Assembly: GCA_965207445.1 (NCBI GenBank)
Contig: CBDBLX010000002.1
Coordinates: forward strand, 2,039,849-2,103,848
Source of the DNA: Nitrosopumilus sp.
Lineage (GTDB): Archaea > Thermoproteota > Nitrososphaeria > Nitrososphaerales > Nitrosopumilaceae
Reading direction: 5' to 3'
DNA: 64,000 bases
Shown one piece after another: positions 21,663-30,263 of this stretch. The notes beneath the pieces are model-generated. The model saw only the letters and a list, made by a program, of their open reading frames with translations, was not told the origin of the DNA and made no database searches. The position numbers were made by a program, and so were the translations under genes. How positions within the stretch are numbered: the stretch's first letter is position 1; the number at the start of each line of letters is the position of its first letter.

Positions 21663-23331
21663 TAGTAATTTCATTAAAGATCCGATAGTTTTTACAGGCG
21701 ATTTCGGCTAGGCAGGCGGGTACGGAGTGGAAAAATAGACGTAATTGGCACTATGTGTAGCAGATACCGTGTGGTAGCCGGAAGAGAGACGAGGAATTGA
21801 GGTGTATATCCAGTGGCATGTATTAAGTAATTTTTGATCAATTGGTTGAATTAATTTGACCTCGAGTGTCAAAAGGCGATGTGGCCATTAGTGTTTGATG
21901 AAAAACGAAAAAATGGTACATCGACTAGTACTCGTCGATGCCATATTTAACGACTCTGCAGGTAGATCGTCTTGCGGCATCGACGAGGTGCGTATTTTTT
22001 GAAGACAGTCTATGTAGAAAGAGGGGACGGGTTCATGCCCGACGTGTCCCTGGAGGATCTAAAAGCCGCCTACCGCAAAGAGCCTCCGGGCAAGTCCCGG
22101 GACAGACTGCAGGCGGCAGTTGGACGAAAAAAGGGCAAGAGTGAGTCTGTAATAGCCGCCCAGCTCGGACGCAGCCAGAGCGTCATATCCGAGTGGCTCA
22201 ACAGGCTACAATCAGAGGGCTTGGAGGGCAGATATGACCGCAAGAGCCCCGGCAGGCCGTGCAGACTCACAAAAGAACAACAAGAACAGGCAAAGGCCGA
22301 TCTGAGTAAAGAGCCGATGCAGTGCGGCTTTGAGCGTGGGACATGGACTGCCGCCTTGTTTGCATTGCATCTGGCAAACATTTTTGACGTCCAGTACACG
22401 TGGACCGGGGCCCTGGCGCTAGCTCACAGGATGGGCTTTTCAATAAGAATGCCCAGGCCAATTCACCACAAGTCTGCCAGTCCATTAGAAGAAATGTATT
22501 ATGTACACGACACAATACGCGCCATCATGGCGCACGCCCGTGCCGGCTACGAGGTGTTCTGTATGGATGCCGCTGCAATCACAAACTCGCCGTATGTCGC
22601 GCGCGGACTACATCTCCGAGGAGGCTCTGAGACTGTAAATGTCAACTTTTCAAAAACAAGCATGAAAATGCTGGGTGCACTCGGGGCCGGTACATGCCAC
22701 CTGCACTTTTGCGACAGTGCGAATACTGTAAACGTCATAAAACTGTTGGAGATGCTCCGAGAAAAGTACGGCAAGGTATTTGTCATATGTGACAATGCAT
22801 CTGCGCACAAGTCCAAAGACATCAAGCAGTATCTGGAACAGGCAAGAGGACAAGTCGCACTATGGTACTTGCCGCCATACACTCCTCAACACAATCCCAT
22901 AGAGATCCAATGGCGTGAGATAAAGCGCGCATTGGCAGGCAGATACTACAAGGGTGGTTTTCCAGAGATTCAAAAGTCCATATTACACATGATGGAAAAA
23001 GGCGAGGTAGGTACAGTCAGACTGCTAGAGTACATGCGCAATGCCATACAAGACGCAAAGAACAACGTGTTAATACCAGAACTCCGGGCTGCATGAACTG
23101 CATATTACGCGAACTAGGTAGGTCCGGGCGAGGCTGTGCGACACACAGATCACACTATGATCAGGACGGCTGCGCACATACCCTTTACCACGTCGAAATA
23201 CATGGCTAGCATGCCCCATGTCCATGGGAAAATCATGGAGCATGTATGGATTACAACATGGGGCCTGGCTGATTTCCCAATATATGATTATAAGAATGTC
23301 TAAAAACTATCGGAACTTTAATGAAATCACT
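21663..23331 (+). mobile_element. TIR-bounded element (family C ends) containing an IS630 transposase
   Basis: tagtaatttcattaaagatccgatagttttt / aaaaactatcggaactttaatgaaatcact(a); terminal base displaced to 24747 by the IS110 insertion. Confidence 0.8.
22035..23096 (+). CDS. IS630-family transposase, apparently intact
   Basis: HTH + GRP motif, WT motif, CMD / CDNASAH / LPPYTPQHNPIE triad; GC-rich. Confidence 0.93.
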   Translation: MPDVSLEDLKAAYRKEPPGKSRDRLQAAVGRKKGKSESVIAAQLGRSQSVISEWLNRLQSEGLEGRYDRKSPGRPCRLTKEQQEQAKADLSKEPMQCGFERGTWTAALFALHLANIFDVQYTWTGALALAHRMGFSIRMPRPIHHKSASPLEEMYYVHDTIRAIMAHARAGYEVFCMDAAAITNSPYVARGLHLRGGSETVNVNFSKTSMKMLGALGAGTCHLHFCDSANTVNVIKLLEMLREKYGKVFVICDNASAHKSKDIKQYLEQARGQVALWYLPPYTPQHNPIEIQWREIKRALAGRYYKGGFPEIQKSILHMMEKGEVGTVRLLEYMRNAIQDAKNNVLIPELRAA

Positions 23332-23464
23332 CCTATGATAACTCCCGAGCGTACGAGTCGTACCTTTCCGATATTTCATCCGTCTCATGACTACCAAGTA
23401 CAGAGTGTAGTTTATAGCTAACGCTAAGGGTTAATCTGTACATATGCATACGCGGCAGATGTGC

Positions 23465-24559
23465 TTATGCCTTGTTCTGTCGTCGTCTCTCCAGCTTGGC
23501 CAATTTGCGCTTGTACAGATCTTCGTTGCGTGACTCGTAGCTAGTATTGTTTTGGAGCATGTGCCACATGATGTTCATCATTTTATTCGCGACTACGACA
23601 ACTGCAAGCGCATGCTTGTCTGCATGTCGTTTGCGTGCTGCTTCGTATGCGGCTTTCATTCTCAGATCATGTCTGGCCGCCACACTGGCAGCCTCACACA
23701 TTATCCAATTTACAAGCCGGTCTGTGCCTGCCTTTTTTATCTTTCCAAGACGCATCTCATTACCTGATTGTCTTATTGTAGGACAGAGCCCCGCCCATGA
23801 GATCATTTGTTTGGGAGTCTCAAACCTCGATATATCCGATATCTCAACTGCCAATAGTATGGCCGCATACGTGCCAATACCTGTCATACTGACAAGCAGT
23901 TTTGCATACTCATTTTGAGCTGCTTCGGCATCCAACTGTTTGTCAGTTTCTACAAGCTCGCTTGTGTAGTGTTTGATTTGTCTTACACACTGCTTTAGTA
24001 CAAAGTTATCCTGTGCATCACCGAGATTGAGAGTGTCCAGATAGAATAGTGCCTTGTGAGAGTACATGTTGGCCGCATGTGCGGCCTTGCCATGGGCATC
24101 AAGCAGGTTGTGTATTTGGTTTATCACCTTGGTTCTTGCCTGTACCAGACGTACATGCTGCCTCACAAGATTCCTAATTGCACGTATGTGCTTTGATGGA
24201 ATGTAACACTCTGGAATGGAATTCATCCTGAGTATCTGTGCTATCTTTTCTGCATCTATCTTGTCAGTCTTTTTTCCAGTCTTGTTAATCAGTGCCATCT
24301 TGTACGAATTGGCAAGCTTGATCGGAATGCCAACATCTTCAAACGCATTAATTGTCGTAATCCACAGGTTAGCTGTGGTCTCGCATGCTGCAGTGCATTT
24401 TCCCATCTTACCATACTTGTCAAGTATGGCGCGTGCACATTGTCTTGCATCCTCTTGCGTGTTAAAGTATTGCCCACGGTCGAGTACCTTGCCCCTATTG
24501 TTAACTACACAATAGTCACACTTTTTCTTGCTAATGTCTATACCTATGCTTATCTTCAT
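23465..24559 (-). CDS. IS110-family DEDD recombinase/transposase
   Basis: GIDIS, CET, KTDKIDA (DEDD), GIG, WAGLCP..QSG (catalytic Ser region); SD-like AGGAGGTGA at 24569-24577. Confidence 0.95.
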   Translation of the reverse strand: MKISIGIDISKKKCDYCVVNNRGKVLDRGQYFNTQEDARQCARAILDKYGKMGKCTAACETTANLWITTINAFEDVGIPIKLANSYKMALINKTGKKTDKIDAEKIAQILRMNSIPECYIPSKHIRAIRNLVRQHVRLVQARTKVINQIHNLLDAHGKAAHAANMYSHKALFYLDTLNLGDAQDNFVLKQCVRQIKHYTSELVETDKQLDAEAAQNEYAKLLVSMTGIGTYAAILLAVEISDISRFETPKQMISWAGLCPTIRQSGNEMRLGKIKKAGTDRLVNWIMCEAASVAARHDLRMKAAYEAARKRHADKHALAVVVVANKMMNIMWHMLQNNTSYESRNEDLYKRKLAKLERRRQNKA

Positions 24560-24591
24560 CCTTTGCTATCACCTCCTGGTCGGATGTCTTT

Positions 24592-24712
24592 TGATGAAAC
24601 GGAAGCTGCATACTCCTATCAGGGCTCGCAGCCCAATCATACAGCAGCTCGGATTGCCCCAATCTATGCAAAGGGAGCATTGTCCCATAGTGATTCAGGG
24701 GTCGATTCATCA
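24592..24712 (-). ncRNA. Predicted bridge RNA (target- and donor-binding loops)
   Basis: 7-bp closing stem with two stem/internal-loop/stem modules whose loops match the insertion site and the element junction. Confidence 0.8.
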
Positions 24713-24901
24713 CTACTAGTACGTAGAGGGGGTTATCATGTATTCTATGCTGTAAACACAACGTTTCACCTGCGACATTTCAGGACTGGAGGATAAATTC
24801 CGGCAGGGTTGTAGGCGGTCGCTGCCAGCCACAGAAACGCTGACAAGAACCATGTCGGCCTTGTAATCTTTCACTAACTTCTCTAAGACACGCATTATTA
24901 A

Positions 24902-25564
24902 TTACTCACACTTCTTTCGAACAATAATTTCCCACTGACTCCATGTGCCGGTTTTTGGTAAAGTTCTTGAATGAACTCTTTCATTTATGGAAATAAGGTC
25001 AAACTCTTTTAACATTTTAATGAGACCGTTACGAGTGAAAAATGACAGCACAAGCCCACATTTTGGACCGGATTCGTACCGTATAGTAATCCCAAATTCT
25101 GTAGTAGATAAAATCGTATGTTCGTGATAAATGGTGGTATTTGATGAATTTATGCGCAAGAAGAATAACCCACCTTTGACAAGTAACTCCTTGACTTTGG
25201 TAAAATTTGCTCGTATTGAATCAAATGTGCCATGTTGAAACACTTGAATTGCAATAAGATAATCAAATGGCTTTTGAGCATTGTAGTGTTCAAATGCAGT
25301 ACATACTAAACGTCCTTCAAGACCAGGTTTCTTTACTAAAAGTTGATTTATGGCTACCATAGAGACATCTATTCCCGTTAAATTCAATCCGTCTTCATAA
25401 AGAGGTATAAAATTACGCCCGTTGCCACACCCCACATACAACCCACATCCACGAAGGGGGGCATATTTTTTGATGTCATAAATAAAATCCACAGATTTGT
25501 CCGACTCATACCTACCAAGTGTATACTCAGTATTCCACCGTTTGGTTAACAGTGGCGGCATCAT
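24902..25564 (-). CDS. Class I SAM-dependent methyltransferase
   Basis: VGCGNGRN, GIDVS, FDYL, LVKGG. Confidence 0.85.
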   Translation of the reverse strand: MMPPLLTKRWNTEYTLGRYESDKSVDFIYDIKKYAPLRGCGLYVGCGNGRNFIPLYEDGLNLTGIDVSMVAINQLLVKKPGLEGRLVCTAFEHYNAQKPFDYLIAIQVFQHGTFDSIRANFTKVKELLVKGGLFFLRINSSNTTIYHEHTILSTTEFGITIRYESGPKCGLVLSFFTRNGLIKMLKEFDLISINERVHSRTLPKTGTWSQWEIIVRKKCE

Positions 25565-25640
25565 ATAAATAAAATATCAAGTGAGGTATAAATAAATAAC
25601 TTTTTCTATGCAATATTTACCAATCTACTAGGAGTTAATA

Positions 25641-26192
25641 GGTTTCTCCTGCAAACGCGGTTGGTGGCAATTAATACAGATTTGAACCGTTGCGGTCAAT
25701 CCGGACACGTAACTAGTATTTTGTCGCCACGTATGATAAACTTCAAACCCTCTGGGTTACCAAGTTTGGCAAGAACCGGTTTTGGAATGTACGAGTAACT
25801 GGTACCCCTTTTCACATTGTGGGTTATGGATACTTGGAATTCAGTGGCATTGGCAGGCCATTTAGTCATGTTTGTTGTTGTCAATCCAACGTTATAACGT
25901 CACTGACACCAGATTGCACAGATTCTGCACATTACACATCATATATACAAACACTCTACATCTGTTTGTGTTTTGATGCCAAATCAAACTATCATTTTTG
26001 GCGTACAACTCAATTTCTTCAAGGTGAACCACCCTGTTTGTCTTTTTGATACCAACTCTAACTAATTCCTATTCCAAACTATCGTCACAGTCACGCAATA
26101 AAGTACTAAAAACTTACACTTTTTCAGCCTCAAATACCAAATTCAGATAAAAAGTTCATATAAACACCGATCAACCGCGTTTGCAAGATAAT
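25641..26192. mobile_element. Non-autonomous IS6-like element D, copy 2
   Basis: Highly similar to 10917-11476; ctgcaaacgcggttg / caaccgcgtttgcaag. Confidence 0.8.
25696..25884 (-). CDS. AbrB/MazE-like small protein, copy 2
   Basis: Identical aa sequence to 10970-11158. Confidence 0.65.
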   Translation of the reverse strand: MTTTNMTKWPANATEFQVSITHNVKRGTSYSYIPKPVLAKLGNPEGLKFIIRGDKILVTCPD

Positions 26193-26554
26193 ACACGATA
26201 ATATCCCTCGATATCGTATAATGATGAATCAACCCCTACTGGTTTTTGGGACACGATCCCTTGCAAGAGAAATCATTCGTATTTTGGAGCAAGAAATGGT
26301 ACCAAAGCATGAGATCTACTCCATCAAATTACAAGTGCATTACCTATGATATCTGTATTTTTGCACACACGTACCAAAGCATGTGATCCACTCCACCAAA
26401 TTACAAGAGTAAATCTAACAAATATCAAACACAACAAAAGATTAGTTACGTCACGGATCGTGTGATTTTTACTAAATATATTTTGAGTGTCACATAACAG
26501 AGATTATACCATGTGTGAAAACGGTTATTTAACTAGAAACTCTAGCACAGACAT

Positions 26555-27346
26555 ATGAGTAACTGGGACCTTATGATGCCCGGCATGGGATTGACATCCA
26601 TAGGCCTTGCAGGCCTTGTGATATCATATGCAGATATTGCACATACATTCATAGACGGCATGCATGCATTAACAGGACTCACCATGTTTGTAGGATTGAT
26701 ATTTCTTGCAACGGGCATACTTGATGGTGGAGTATCAACTAGTAACAGAGCAAAGGCTACGACACTAGTCATACTCTCAATTGCACTAGGGTTTGGAATG
26801 TATGCCATGGGTATGAATACATCAAACTACACAGTAACCATTGCCGGCATACTGATGGCAATTGCATTTCCCGCAATTATCATATCATACTTGGCAATGA
26901 AACATCCAGTATACTTGAAACCAGTCGGATCGATTGTGGCAATAGCTGGTGCTACTGGAATTATCATGTGGGTATCATTTGGATTTGTAAGTCCAGATGC
27001 ATATATCATACCACAAGAAGTTGTTGTAGAAGAGGTAGTAGAAGAAATCGGCCCTCAAGGACCAGTATATGACATTGCAATACTGTTAGGTTCTGACACA
27101 CCAGATAATCCCGATTATGACCCAGATATTGCAAATGTACCACTTGGGAATAGTATAGTATGGACTAATCAGGATGAAGTAGCACATACTGTCACGACCA
27201 TAGATGATCAAGGTGAGACCTTTGATTCAGGTCTGATGGCAAAAGGTGAGATCTTTATCGTAGAGACATCAGAGTTGGTCGTAGGTCAATATGATTATTA
27301 TTGTATAGTTCATCCATGGATGCAATCTAGCATAATAATAGAATAG
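26555..27346 (+). CDS. Membrane-bound cupredoxin (blue copper) protein
   Basis: About 5 TM helices plus HTVT...YYCIVHPWM type-1 Cu site. Confidence 0.9.
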   Translation: MSNWDLMMPGMGLTSIGLAGLVISYADIAHTFIDGMHALTGLTMFVGLIFLATGILDGGVSTSNRAKATTLVILSIALGFGMYAMGMNTSNYTVTIAGILMAIAFPAIIISYLAMKHPVYLKPVGSIVAIAGATGIIMWVSFGFVSPDAYIIPQEVVVEEVVEEIGPQGPVYDIAILLGSDTPDNPDYDPDIANVPLGNSIVWTNQDEVAHTVTTIDDQGETFDSGLMAKGEIFIVETSELVVGQYDYYCIVHPWMQSSIIIE

Positions 27347-27442
27347 ACGTGTAATTGATAAAAAAATAGATGTGGATTTTCGGGTTAAATAGTACAACAC
27401 ACATACGAATAATAAAAATAATCAAACATACAACTATACACA

Positions 27443-27871
27443 ATGCAGCAAAGCCACACAATCTCAATATCAAAAGAGAATCTCAGTATTTTAAGACAGC
27501 ATGCAATATCGGTAAAAAAATACGAATCTTGTGCGCTACTACTTGGAGAAAAAAATCACATCAAAAAAGTACTTTTAACAGAAAATTCAGATAGTATTCC
27601 TGAAAAATTTTTCACAATTCCATCTGATCAGTTAATACGAGGATATAAAATGGCAGAGACGCAGGGTTACGAGGTCATTGGCATATTCCACTCTCATCCA
27701 TCATCAAAAGCAATACCATCTAATACAGACATAAAATACATGTCCATAAATCCTGTTGTATGGATGATATACTCAGGTACTGATAATGAGTTTCGTGCAT
27801 ATGTAATCAAAGAAAACAGCACAAACGAATTAGAAAATGTCCACATTATAAGAGAAAAGTCAATAGAATAA
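27443..27871 (+). CDS. JAMM/MPN+ metalloprotease
   Basis: ESCALL, FHSHP...PSNTD. Confidence 0.9.
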   Translation: MQQSHTISISKENLSILRQHAISVKKYESCALLLGEKNHIKKVLLTENSDSIPEKFFTIPSDQLIRGYKMAETQGYEVIGIFHSHPSSKAIPSNTDIKYMSINPVVWMIYSGTDNEFRAYVIKENSTNELENVHIIREKSIE

Positions 27872-28108
27872 ATTCTGTAACAGCAGCAACCTAACAAAAC
27901 TGTAATAGATTTATCAAAGGTTTAACAAACTTTTAACATTTTAAAATCATTATATTCATATAATTATATAATATTATAATTAAATAGATTAATCATCAAA
28001 CAAACAAGCAAGCAAGCAAGCAAGTAAATAAACAAACAGCAACACATCTTTAAACTAACATTGAATAACTATATTTTGAATTAAATAGGACATAATTACG
28101 ATAAAATT

Positions 28109-28366
28109 ATGGAAATCCACGTATATGACACATATGTCAAAGCATCAAACGGAAATACCATGCACTTTGATGTGATTACAGGAGAAAAGAACCACGACAA
28201 AGCTATCGAGTACGGTAAAGAGTGGCTCAAATCCATAGGAGAAGAAGGAGCTACAATGACTTCAAACGAATGTAGATTCTGTCACTCACAAAATGCCCCA
28301 GAACCAGTTGAGCAATCAATTAAAGAAAAGGGCTACTTTATACAAAAGATGGAAGGTTGTCCATAA
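28109..28366 (+). CDS. DUF2024 family protein
   Basis: VYDTYV..MHFDVI..CRFCHSQ..MEGC. Confidence 0.85.
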   Translation: MEIHVYDTYVKASNGNTMHFDVITGEKNHDKAIEYGKEWLKSIGEEGATMTSNECRFCHSQNAPEPVEQSIKEKGYFIQKMEGCP

Positions 28367-29201
28367 ACGGATACCTTGCTATTTTTTCTCTAAATTATTT
28401 TTAAATCTAGTCAATGACAATACATCATATAATCTAGTATACATTAGCAAACTTGCTCAAATCATGCCCAGTGCATCTATCCAAAGTACATGCTACAGTT
28501 ATCTTGTAAATTTAGTTGTCATGTATTTATATAACCATATTATTAAATTTTGACAAGTAATATACCAAACAAACACACAATCTTTTCTAAAAACTAGACA
28601 AAAATCACAAGTCATTTTTTAATTCATTTATTCATGAATTTACCAGAGATGTAATTTTACAAAATGGGATTCTTGTAGTGATGAATGTCACGATACGATA
28701 TAGTGGGTAGCGTGTCTTTGCCCACCATGCAATAGTAGATATGACTGTATTTTGAACAAATGTGACAAACTTCTGTCTATCTCAAGGTGAGTCGGGTGAA
28801 TGTATGATATCAATTTTCACATATTTTACAGAATGTAATTGTTTTTTAGTAATCTAGGAGAAAAGTTATGATGTATGACGTGGTACTGTGAGCATTTAAT
28901 TGTCTGATTTGTGTCCCCCGCATAATTTTCAATTTGTACTTGAGCTCATCATTGAGTATTTTTTGTATGTTGTTTTAATTAAAGACATTTCAAAGACGCA
29001 CCTCTTGGCATGTGAGTGGAATCTGTGAGTCAAATTCATTTGTTGCAGGGACTGACTGCACATATAGTCAGGACGTCTTTTTATCCATAATTGACGCAAA
29101 GATACCTCACAAAGATAAAGGTAAAATCCATCTTTATTAGGGAGTATATAATTACGTACAAAAGCATTACATTTACTAGTTGACTGACACTATATGCAAT
29201 A

Positions 29202-30080
29202 ATGAGTAGATCTCACAAATACAAAGCTTATCCAGAATTTACAAACTTGGAAAAAATAGTTTGGAATGCTCTAAACACAATTGGTAAAACTATACCACAG
29301 ATCGAAAATGAAAGAAATCAGACGATAAAAACAAATCTTGATCATGGAGAAACAAAAAAGATGGCGATTTGGCACACAAAGTCAGAGATTGATAGATATG
29401 TGGAAAATACAATGAATTTGAGACTAAAAGACTATGGTACGAAAATGTCAGAGAATCCACTCTACAAGGCAATTGCAAATGAGATAGGAGTACTACGACG
29501 GAAAGGAATTCTAGTTGACTGGAGACACATAGAATCAAGAAATACAGGAATGGGTGTATGGCGGTTGAATAGAACCAAACTTACTAACCATGTGAACAAG
29601 AAAGCCATATTAGAAATGAGAATGAGAAACTATCGTGCAGAAGACTCAGAGTGTACAATATTTGTGCGACAAAAACAGAGTGCATTTAGAAAAGTGCTGC
29701 TAGAAAATTACGTAAAATGTGCATTATGTATGTTTAAAATTAAAGAGTATCTAATTGGGGCACACATAGTTCCATATTCTGTAATGCGCGTAGAAGATCC
29801 AAACAATGCCATGAATCCAACAAATGGATTGTTGCTGTGTAAATTTTGCGATGTGGCGTTTGAGCACGGATCAATCAAAGTATCAAAAAATTATGAGATC
29901 GATATAGTAGACTCATTACGTGACAATGAAACAAATATGATCAAAACATGGTTAGCATCTATCCCATCAGAATTATGTGCTAAAAATATAATCAATGATC
30001 CACCAGACCCAAAGTATCTTGAATGGAAGTCAAGATTACTAGAATCTGACAATTGTGTAAATAAGAATATTGCACAGTAG
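29202..30080 (+). CDS. HNH endonuclease (possible restriction/defence nuclease)
   Basis: RQKQSAFRKVLL..CALC..GAHIVPY..NGLLLCKFCD..FEHG. Confidence 0.85.
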   Translation: MSRSHKYKAYPEFTNLEKIVWNALNTIGKTIPQIENERNQTIKTNLDHGETKKMAIWHTKSEIDRYVENTMNLRLKDYGTKMSENPLYKAIANEIGVLRRKGILVDWRHIESRNTGMGVWRLNRTKLTNHVNKKAILEMRMRNYRAEDSECTIFVRQKQSAFRKVLLENYVKCALCMFKIKEYLIGAHIVPYSVMRVEDPNNAMNPTNGLLLCKFCDVAFEHGSIKVSKNYEIDIVDSLRDNETNMIKTWLASIPSELCAKNIINDPPDPKYLEWKSRLLESDNCVNKNIAQ

Positions 30081-30263
30081 ACACACAATCAATATGACTT
30101 TATCTTTTGCAGTTTCCCAAACAATAATTATATATTCATATTAACATCAACAATATAATTTTCATATTAGTATTAACTGTGATGTTCGTTATGCAACATC
30201 AAGTCTTTAGAATCGACATCGCTAAACAATCCATATGCATGTTAGTAAAAGATGTTACAATAA

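Larger units (their letters stand above)
23330..24746 (-). mobile_element. IS110-family element with CT cores and sub-terminal inverted repeats
   Basis: CT at 23330-23331 and 24745-24746; STIR atgataactccc (23335-23346) / gggggttatcat (24728-24739), 11/12; removing it restores the host TIR. Confidence 0.88.
21504..24830 (+). pseudogene. IS3-type orfA (HTH) remnant split by nested insertions (pieces 21504-21662 and 24748-24830)
   Basis: Rejoined pieces read MSKRRNPQDKVDVVVVFFITHISAVEIC|CKHNVSPATFQDWR, a typical IS3 OrfA HTH pattern. Confidence 0.6.

Noticed and set aside
24440..24796. Short ORFs over the IS110 upstream region
   Set aside because: Better explained as structured RNA plus the element end
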